Origin: Eledone cirrhosa
Taxonomy: Eukaryota
Direction: 5' to 3'
NCBI GenBank assembly: GCA_964016885.1
Contig: OZ024748.1
Span: 30,256,001-30,320,000, forward strand
DNA: 64,000 nt
Shown: positions 26,870 through 36,394 of the stretch, one piece after another
Position numbering within the stretch: position 1 is the first letter of the stretch
Layout: the number at the start of each line of letters is the position of its first letter
Notes under the pieces: model-generated
Databases searched by the model: none
Told to the model about the DNA's origin: nothing
What the model saw: only the letters and a program-made list of their open reading frames with translations
Position numbers and translations under genes: made by a program

Positions 26870-26905
26870 AAATGACACTGTCAATGGTTTACATCGATAT
26901 TTATA
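26870..26905 (-). promoter_or_regulatory. Putative viral VP promoter (TATAAAT + Inr TCATTT)
   Basis: TATA at 26905-26899, TCAKTY initiator about 30 nt downstream, ATG 12 nt further. Confidence 0.55.
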
Positions 26906-26940
26906 ACGGGGCACCTCTTACTTCCATCGCAAGCGCTTTC

Positions 26941-27458
26941 GAATCAAAAGACCTTAAAGTTAACTTGTCTAAGACTAAAGTTCTAGTATGTAGAAAGGAA
27001 AATAGGGCACAGGTGCCCTCTGGGGAATGGCCATACTCAGTGTGTAAGAAGGGAGTAGGTAGATAATCCGTTGTATGTCCTAAATGCAAACTATGGGTAC
27101 ATAAAAGATGTAGTGGGTTCACAGGCAAGCTATCAAAGAATGTAGATTTTATTCTCAGTTGCAATAAGTAGCAGGTGCCCAGTGGATACTAGCTCCTTCC
27201 ATTGCCCAGATGGTTCTATAGAAATAGTAGACACGTTCCGTTACCTGGGTGACAAAATCAACAGTGGAGGAAGGTGTTCTGAGAGTACAGCAGCCAGAGT
27301 AAGAACGGGGTGGAAGAAGTTCAGAGAGCTAATACCACAGTTGGCCACAAAAGGTTTCTCTCTAAAAATGAAAGGCAGATTATATGATGTATACGAAATG
27401 TTACATGGTAGTGAGACCTGGGCAGTGCGTGCAGAGGATCTGCACAGATTGGAAAGAA
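26941..27458 (+). mobile_element. RTE fragment, right part
   Basis: ESKDLKVNLSKTKVL... directly continues KFQTWKHG(L) at 19322. Confidence 0.9.
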
Positions 27459-27467
27459 TATATATAT

Positions 27468-27945
27468 ATATTATTGAGTAAAATGACAGGAGGTCGGACT
27501 GGTGAAATTCCTTCAAAGATTTATTTCAGCAAACACTATGTACATTTCAGTGGCCAGGTTACAGAGAAATATGTAACCTGATCTCCTTTACCACTAGCAT
27601 GTGTCTAAATAGCAGGGTAGTAGTAATAGGCATACAACCCCCTGACCAAATCGGTAAGATAAAATTGATCAGAATCCTCACTCGAAGGTGGTCAGCCAAA
27701 CTAACAACAATTGGCCCTCTTGATCGCCTTTGAGTCAAAAAAATGTTTCTGTTTTTTTATATCCGTATAGCCTCTTGGATTGTGTTTACCATAATTCCTT
27801 TATTATATAACTATTATGCAATAAACACCTGATGATGTCACCAGGATATTACGTTACCTGGCCACTGAAATGTACATAGAATTTGTTGAAATAAATCTTT
27901 AAAGGAATTTTACCAGTCCAGCCTCCTGTCATTTTACTCAATAAT
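27468..27945. repeat. ~93-bp inverted repeat (Penelope-type terminal repeat) with hammerhead at 27823-27884
   Basis: 27468-27560 is the reverse complement of 27853-27945; AAACAC-CUGAUGA...GAAA-UGUACA-UA. Confidence 0.75.
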
Positions 27946-28093
27946 AATTAACTCCATTCTCGCACCACCAACACGATTCAACATCAAAGCTGGATGAGTT
28001 GCATAATGTTGAGTGTTTTTCCTAATATTACATCATGGTTGGCTATACAGAATGACCAGTTCTATCCAGTGGTGAACCACCAAACTTAAATGA

Positions 28094-28125
<32 letters not shown>

Positions 28126-28419
28126 GCAAGTCTGAAGAACTATTAGATAAAATATATACAGTATTTCCTCTCCTAATCAGTATAAATCAACCACATAAAA
28201 AATCATTTAAACGAGGCTATAAGTTTTTAAGGTTATGTAATTATGAAGAAATATAGACAAATGATACAGATTATTTTCCGCGATGTATAGCCATATGACA
28301 TTTATCTAATTATTTCTTTTAGCCTGTAGCTGACTAGACAAATAGTTAACTACACAGAGTTAGGTACAAAATAGAAGTTTGAAGAAAAAAATGCACATAA
28401 ACTTTACTAAAAACCTCTA

Positions 28420-28505
28420 GTCACGACCACCGGCGGTTTCGTTCCACTTTTTGGATATACCCGATCTTGGATATATCCACGAGGCCTGGAACTCCTCAGG
28501 AGATA
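28420..28505 (-). ncRNA. Hammerhead-like motif
   Basis: CUGAGGA-GUUCC...GGAAC-GAAA-CCGCCGGUGG-UC; stem I weak. Confidence 0.6.
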
Positions 28506-28514
28506 CCTCAGACT

Positions 28515-28881
28515 GGACTACAAATGTGAGGTTGTAACACCCACGTCCCGTAGGGCCTATATAGGGTTAACCGCCAATAGATTCAAGCAGCGTCTTTACA
28601 TGCATACCCATTCTTTTCGTTACCCTCTAAGAAGGAATATGACGTCACTTTCAGCTTATATCTGGAGTCTAAAAGACAACCACACCCAATTTAAGTTACA
28701 CTGGGAGATCCTAGCTAGGGCAAGATCGTATAACGGAAATAAAAGACCATGTGACCTCTGCGCTGCTGAGGCCCTGGAAATACTCTACGCCACAGACCAC
28801 ATCTTAAACAAAAAATCTGAGGCAATTTCGGCTTGTAAACATAAATTGCACAAAACTTTCCAGCTCCACGTTATACCCTAA
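28515..28881 (+). mobile_element. Penelope GIY-YIG endonuclease fragment
   Basis: YKCEV...AYIGLTANRFKQRLYMH...TSLSAYIWSLK...CDLCAAE...LNKKSE. Confidence 0.8.
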
Positions 28882-29624
28882 GGGTTAGTACGATCTATAC
28901 GTGGATATTTTATGTCTTGATGTGGGAGCTAAGTATATGTTTTGTTTATACCATTACTTATTTGCATAGGTAAGTATATATTACCCGTATGTTTTGTGAA
29001 GGTACGTATACCTTCTCGTACGTATATTTGATTGTTTATGTTATGGCGTATAATTTTATATATTCTGGTACATATGGTTTAGCTATGTGTATACGGGAGT
29101 TTCGCGTCTGTGTGAGTATTCAGGTTCGTACGTATGTAGGGTGTGTGTATATGTGTACTTCATGTTTTGGTTGACTTATGTCTCCGGGTGAAAGCAGCGA
29201 TTCTTTGCTTAAACTTTAATCTGTTATTTTAATAAATATATATATATATATATTTACAGACTGTTGTTATTACTTTTTCCTTCTTTGTATATGGATTACT
29301 TTCAGCCACCAATCCCACTCTGCTAGTAGAAATTCACTGAACCATAACATCCCATTTTTAGACTATATCTATTTTCATAACAAATACTTTTCAGTAAATA
29401 TTTTCTTATTTAAGAGAAAAATAAAAAATTTAAAAAAAGGGAGCGAATGGTAAGGACTCTAGTGTTACAGAAGAATGGGGAGGGTGATTGGTCTCTGGGC
29501 CTAGGGCATGCCAGTAATACGAATGCGCCCCCGTAGAAGAATGGATGTAACACGATGATGATGACATACATATATATGTATATTGTGGTCTTGTGATCGA
29601 AGTTTGAGCTTGATCGCACTAGTT

Positions 29625-30085
29625 ACAGTGTAAACATGGCCAGAACTTCACTAGCAGTGTGCACCAAGGAGTAACAAAGAGCAATGGTCCAATTTCTTTA
29701 GTCGGAAGGTGTGTCAGGAGCTGAAATTCATCGGAAGCTTTTAATACAATACGGTGTCAAATAAATGTTGATAGACGTCAACACATTTGTGCTTGTGCTC
29801 TGTGGTAAGCTCTCTTGGTGCCCATGTTGAACAGCCTTTATGGAAGCTGTGGTCATCGTTGATGATTTGATAAGCAGAACCATGACTAATCTACAGAGAA
29901 CATGCTACTTCATCGATGGTAACCCGCCAGTTTACCACTACCATCTCTCAAGCTTGCTGAATCTTCTCATCAGTGGTGGAGGTTGATGGGCATCCTGCTC
30001 CTTCTTCGTGCGTCATGCTTGTCCAGCTACTTTTACACTTCTTGGTCCACTTACATATGGTAGTGCACTGTCGCCTTATTATGTT
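29625..30085. mobile_element. Rearranged mariner transposase remnant
   Basis: Plus: VCTKE*QRAMVQFL*SEGVSGAEIHRKL; minus: CKWTKKCKSSWTSMTHEEGAGCPSTSTTDEKIQQA. Confidence 0.6.
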
Positions 30086-30275
30086 AAAAGCCTTCCCAGT
30101 CTTCATATCCTTAATAGCTTTACTTACTACACTGCTGCTGACTTGTATGTCTGGGCCCTCTATGGGGTCCACTTGGGGTAGGGTCTCTTTCTCCCATGCA
30201 TTCTCCTCATTTAGTAATCTTTCATAATGGCTCTTCTATGCAGTTTTCTTCTCGGCATCTGTAAGGGCAAGTGTG
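30086..30275 (-). mobile_element. RTE fragment
   Basis: DPIEGPDIQVSSSVVSKAIKDMKTGKA. Confidence 0.8.
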
Positions 30276-30424
30276 TCTTTATATATATATATAACGTCTG
30301 ACTGAATACACGTGCTTTTCTCAAAATCCTTTTTTCTAGTTCTTCCTCTTCTTACTCTCTATCTTTCTATTTTATCTTTTATTTCTTATCCTATATCTGA
30401 TGTAGAGGGGTTCCTGTTATTCAC

Positions 30425-31135
30425 CCACTTATTCGAGGGTTGTGGGGGAAGAGTTCTCAAACACTCCTTTCCAGCGGGTCCTGTCAGAAGCAACCATCTC
30501 CAACTGATCCAGCTGGATCCCCAAGCGTGACCAGCCAAGCTTATGGATGTTATCCAACCATCTTACTTGGAGTCTACCTCTGGGTCTCCTACCTGTTGGT
30601 TTTGCCTGCAAAATCTGTCCAGCCGTTCATTCCTGAGACATTATAACCACATGCCCACAGTATCGGAGCTGTGAAGTAGTGGCTCTACTGGAGTGAATCT
30701 CTGATCTTTGAGCTACGCACTTTATCGAATAACGTTACTCCAAAGATCTTTGAAGGAATCCCATTTTGGCTGCTTGTATTTGCGATCGTATTCTTTCAGT
30801 CATTATCCAAGATTCATGACCATAGGTAAGGGTTGGCCTGAATACTGAATTGAAGATAGCGAGTTTAGCATTACTGCACCAGTTTTTGCAATTCTTGCAC
30901 TTAATTCAGTCTCCTGTCCTCCATCACTCATGAACACGGCCCCAAGATACTTGAACTTCTCTTCCTGCTTCAGTGGAACTCCATTCACATGTAGCGTGCA
31001 CTGCGCAAGCTTCCTTGAGAGGACAATAGTCTCAGTTATCACAGCACTGTACTCGGCATCAAACCTATCAGGTGCAAGTCAAAGATAAACATCTGTCGAG
31101 TTAAATAGCACCATGTCGTCTGTAAATTCTAGCTG
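30425..31135 (-). mobile_element. Degenerate RTE-like LINE of a second family
   Basis: EEKFKYLG...GRRPRGR..RWLDNI..LGWSRLGI; related piece at 41270-41415. Confidence 0.75.
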
Positions 31136-31597
31136 AGTGATTTTACAGCTGCCAGTCATAGACCCCTATTTTCCTTTAAAGGGTCATAAATCAGAATTCA
31201 ACAATAATGTATAAGGTTCAGTGTATTTTTCAAGATCGAGTTGTTTAACAATATTTTCCCTACTTTATCAATTAAATTATTATTGTTGGATTTTTTTAGT
31301 GATGGTGTGTGGTTTAATGGTTAGAGAATTGGATTCACAATCGTGAGGTTGTGAGTTGCAACCGATAGATAGTATCAACAATGAAAACATTTATTCCCAC
31401 CCCACTTGGTAACGATTGATGCCTAGATCTTTTTATAGTTGCTTTTAAGCTCATTGTAAATAAAGTTTTACAGGAATCAACATCCATTTTATAGTTTTTG
31501 TTTTATTCATTTGTAAGGCAGGTATAGGGAGTATTAGTGTCATGCATAATTCCTCCACCTAATTCTCCCAATGAAAGAGTTTGTATTATTATTTCAA

Positions 31598-31975
31598 GGC
31601 GAGGGATTGGCAGTATCGGAAGAGCATCGGACAATATGAAGAGTTATGGTTATTTATGATCTGAGTTCAAATCCCACCGAAGTTAGCTTTGCATGTCATT
31701 TGGGGTTGATTTAATTGACTTTCCCCTCTATCAGAATTGTTGGCCTTGTAACTAAATTAGAAACCATTATTTAAAGGTTTAAGGGCGGTGGATTGGCAGT
31801 ATCGGTAGAGGGTCGGACGCCATGCTTTGACGCATAGAGTTACGGCCCTTGCCATTCTGAGTTCAAATCCCGCCGAGGTTAACTTTGCCTTTCATCCTTA
31901 TGGGGTCGATAAAATAAAGTACCAGTAATACACTGGGTAATTGCTGGCCTTGTGCCAAAAGTAGAAACCATTATT
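31598..31975 (+). mobile_element. Two tandem tRNA-headed SINEs with Nin-like domain
   Basis: A-box TGGCAGTATCGG, B-box GAGTTCAAATCC, GCCTTTCATCC..GGGGTCGATAAAATAAAGTACCAG. Confidence 0.8.
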
Positions 31976-32053
31976 TAAAGGTTTATGGTTAAGTTTTGTT
32001 GTAAGGAACAGGAATATTTTTCAAAGACATTGTCAAATAGTCCTTCTTCTATA

Positions 32054-32353
32054 TCTATATATCTAAAACAGAGAATGTCCGTCTGTCTGTCTGACTCCCT
32101 AAAACTCGTGAACCACCCAACCGATTGTTTTCAAACTTTACACATGTAATACTTATGGTCCTGTGAGTGTTTTGAGCAAAAAATATTTCAAATTTTCAAT
32201 GCCCTAGGGACCGCATTAGGCGATTTAGCGATCTCACTCTATAATTCTTAGTCTTTCCTTTTAGAAAGAATCATAGATACATAGATATAACGTTGCACCC
32301 TTATAATATCTGTCTGGCTGTCTGCATTACGACATTATGACGCTATATGTGTG

Positions 32354-32388
<35 letters not shown>

Positions 32389-32702
32389 GTATATATATAG
32401 TGTGTGTGTATATATATATAGTGTGTAACGTTTTTCGAAATATTTACTTCTGCGTTCACAGATTGATTTTTTTTAGTTTCAGAAGATCCCGTTAAGGGTG
32501 AAAGCAGCGATTCTTTGCTTAAATTTTAATCTGTTATTTTAATATATATATAATTATATATTCGTGTACAGATATTTTTGCATACACAATAACAAAATAT
32601 AAACAAACGTATTTATTTCACGAGGCTCGATAAGGATAAATATATATCAAATATATAAGAACCCTAGAGCAAATCCCGAGCAACGCCGGGCCATTCTGCT
32701 AG
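32054..32702 (+). mobile_element. Non-autonomous Helitron
   Basis: A|TCTATATATCTAAAA...(GTCT)n start; hairpin CCCGAGC-AAC-GCCGGG then CTAG|T. Confidence 0.75.
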
Positions 32703-33429
32703 TCTTAGATATAACAACGTAGAACTTAATATCAAAGGAACTTAAGAATAACAAGGGAGATGATAAAGTTATGCCATCGAAGTTTCAAGCTCAATATGGT
32801 TCCATAATCAATAAATTGATCGAATATATTGATCCAAGGTGTAATGCGTATAGTTATGATAAAATCGTCGAAAATAACCTTAATGTCACAAACGGTGGCA
32901 CTACAATGCTATTAGCTGTCAGTCGTGTTTTACGATTGAGAAGGTTGACGAATGACGTCAACTTCGCCTGCTTTCACGGTTAGTTCCTGTCTCATTCTGC
33001 ACCACCACACACTACATCTCGGCTAAATGTGTGCGTGTGTGTATGTTTTTGTGCCTGTGTTTGTATGTGTGTACGTGTGAGTGCATGAGTGTATGTCCGT
33101 CTTTGTATGTGTAAGTCGACAGATATAATTACAATTTAATGCGCTCACCTGATTTCGTTTCCTCATAACTTTCTTAATAATATTTTGTAGTGAAACACTT
33201 CCGAATGTGTAGATTACGATTATGTTGATAAAATGTATATATATAAAAAAATGAAATAAATGTGCATTGCGGAAGAGGCGAGGAAAAAGTACAACTTAAT
33301 AAATGTAAATATTTTGGAGTATAGAATAACGATTTTTTCTTTCTTTTCTTTTCTTTTCAATCATCTGCTGACACCTTAACCTATATGACAGCATAAGATA
33401 TATCAAATGGAAATATAAAATGTTCTCAC

Positions 33430-33545
33430 TCTAGATCTTTCACTAAGTTCTGAAGTTGCTCGTCACTCAGTTCATTTAGACGTTCATCCGATGCCTCGTT
33501 TGTTGTAGCTGTACTACAACTATATGTCTCCGAACGATCCGCCAT
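33430..33545 (-). CDS. CCDC113: CCDC113/CFAP263 coding exon 1
   Basis: caagATGGCGG start; MADRSE...LNELSDEQLQNLVKDL-GA|gtgaga; phase 2 fits the exon at 5978. Confidence 0.8.
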
Positions 33546-33550
33546 CTTGC

Positions 33551-33576
33551 TGTTTACATGATGTTTCCAAGGTAAC
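33551..33576. promoter_or_regulatory. Forkhead site (TGTTTAC) and RFX X-box (GTTTCCAAGGTAAC)
   Basis: Within 31 bp upstream of the CCDC113 ATG; typical of ciliary gene promoters. Confidence 0.7.
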
Positions 33577-34099
33577 ACTACCTATGATTTTCACAAGTTC
33601 TCGTTGGCCTAATTATTCACCCTTTCATTACCATATTTCTAAAAAAGACTAAAAAGTCTAAAGCCTGTCTCGAATTCGAAGGCTCATAAGACAGGTGTTT
33701 ATCCCGGTTTCCGTGACGTGAAGCGACTGAAAGTACAAGACAGTGTCCAGGACAGAACGCCAATTCGTAGGGGGTTAAACCCCGAACTATTGCTGGTACT
33801 CATTTTCAGTCGAGTATACTCGAGTAACCTGAAAGTGTTTTGAAAATTAGTGACGGAAATATATGCGATGTTTATTTAAGCGATCGCTAACCGGAAGTGT
33901 TGACATTTGAAAGTTTTAAAGAAGTGAATCTTAAAATAATCAACAAAATTTATATTTAATCAAGAATAACGAAATTTAATAGATAAATTATGTAATATTC
34001 ATTCATTATTTATTCAAAGTAATCGAACTTATTTTACAAACGGGCTAAAAAAAATATATTCTGGACGCAGTCCCGCACTACTTACTTTACTATAGTTTA

Positions 34100-35835
34100 G
34101 ATTGTGAAGCAAAGTCCCACTGGGAATTGTGCTCGTTTGAACTCAAATGGCATGTGCATTGGTTTGATTGAAATTCTTGTAATGAAAATATCTTCTCCAG
34201 AGGCACATCCAGTGATGAATGATAGCAGCTTCAATCACATTAGGTGATAATGTCTTCACAATCAACCTTGTCCCATTGAATAATTTAGGAAGATCTAAAT
34301 TTCTTAGAAGCTTTATTGGGACTCCAAACTTCAGGAAAAGTTTATGTGTAGGAGTTCCAGGTGGCTCAAGTGAATTAAGAAAGTTTGTTGGATAGTGGAC
34401 AGCTTGATTTTCATCAAGGACTGAATCAATTGATTTGTACTCCTTAATTACTGTTGGAATCTTATTCATTAGCTGATGGTTCTTGCTACTGTCACATTTT
34501 TTTTTTAGCAAGAATTGCCCTTTCACACAACCATTTGTGTGAATTATAATGATTACTTCAGTCTTGAAATACCCTGTTCTTCAATTCAGCTGGTGAATCC
34601 GCCATGATAGAAATATAAGTCAAGTTGATATAACCATTCCCATCAATTGTTACTGCCCCATTTCCTAATTGAAGGAGTCGGGTTGAAACCTGTTCTGTAC
34701 ATTGGTCCCAGTGTAATAAAGCTCGCATATTAGTATTGAAGGAGAAATTCTGTATTTTATTCCATAACCGAGAAAACTCAATGCATGCTTTTATTTCATC
34801 AAATTTTGTTCCTCCTGGAATAATTGGTAATCTCTGTCAGAAGTCTCCTGATAAAACGAAAGTAACTCCTCCCATAGATCTATTGTTGCCTCTTAAGGCC
34901 TTACCAAGAGCTTCCATTGATCCTCAATGTGACATGGTGTATTCATTTCAAATGATCAGGTGGCATTAGAACAACTCATTGGTGTATATTTCAGCATCCA
35001 AACCTTTGTTTATATATTTGCAATAGACTTAACAGAGTTGTAGAAATCAACATTGATATGGACTTTGAAAGTGAATATAAGAAGATTGTCAATGATGAAT
35101 TCTTGCCCATTTCTCATTTTGTTTTTGAAGTGAATCCACCCTGCCCGGTATTCTTCTGTAAATAGAGTAGCCATCTTTAAATGAGCACAAACTCTTTTCA
35201 TAATACATCCACTTTATTTGTATCAATAAATGATGGACATCTGAAACAGATGAAAAGCACGATTAGGAATAAATAGTATCAGAACGCTATAACATGTTTT
35301 GCATATCGTCACATAATGATATATAATCCTCTAATCTTCTCCAGTTTTGGTTTATTGTACAGGGTACAGCTAAGGATATTATGTAACCAAATCAAAATGT
35401 AGCCATGTGGCAATCCTCTTTTTTGCCTTTCCATCATGTACGTGTCACATTTGACTGGTCAAAAGACTTCGTCTTTTCTTAGGAGTTCCATCAGCTTTAT
35501 GACTTTAGCAATAATATCGTAGCGATTTTGGGTTCTTTATTTCATGTCATATTAGGTTACATGTGAATGTAATGAAGAGATCTGGACAACCATAGTGTCT
35601 GATATATGTAAGTGCATTTTGTGTATGCTCATGCATATACCATGGACTTCCTGTGAAGCTTGATAGAAGAATGACACAAAGTTGTCCAATGTTATTAGCA
35701 GCCAATGCTCCTTCATTACTGATTGAATTTCTCAGGTGAATGTAGTCTGATGCACGGGGATCTCTCTTATGTGTTCTAATGTAAAGAAACCTCCCTCCCT
35801 CAATTTTTGCATACATATCAACTGCAAATCTCACC
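34100..35835 (-). mobile_element. Degenerate Helitron RepHel fragment
   Basis: YGCPDLFITFTCN (Rep); YPTNFLNSL...HKLFLKFGVPIKLLRNLD...NGTRL (PIF1 helicase). Confidence 0.85.
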
Positions 35836-35992
35836 TGCTCATTGGCATTGTATAACAGACATATAAATACACAGATATCCGCAAATATTATATAGATTTC
35901 TACACCCATAAAATGTGTGTTTTTGTTTGTGCCTATACCTGTGTGTCTATGTATATAAACAAACTCTTCGCTGGGAGAATGAGTATATATAT

Positions 35993-36335
35993 ATCATCAT
36001 CATCATCATTTCATTTTACGTCCGCTTTTTCCCTGCTTGCAAGGGTGTGACGGGAACTGATTCTGGCTTGATTTCTACAGCCGGATGCCCTTCCTAACAC
36101 CAACCTCATTTACAGTGAGTGCTGGGTGCTTTTTTGCCGTGGCACCTACACGTCCACTTTACAGTGAAATGATAGGGACCCCAGTCCCTATCATCTCATT
36201 TCTACAGCTGAGTAAACTGGAGCAATGTGAAATAAAGTGTCTTGCTCAAGGAAACAACACATCACCTGGTCTGAGAATTGAACTCACAATCTTTCGATTG
36301 CAAGGCCAATGCTCTAACCACTAAGCCATGTGCCT

Positions 36336-36338
<3 letters not shown>
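35993..36338 (-). mobile_element. Full-length CORE-SINE with RTE tail
   Basis: Reverse complement of the copy at 45198. Confidence 0.9.
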
Positions 36339-36393
<55 letters not shown>

Positions 36394-36394
36394 C

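Noticed and set aside
31783-31875. tRNA genes from A/B boxes
   Set aside because: They are heads of multi-copy SINEs without a full cloverleaf
33145-33235. Extra minus-strand exon ending CAG|gtgag
   Set aside because: No clear acceptor or homology; exon 1 already joins exon 2 in phase
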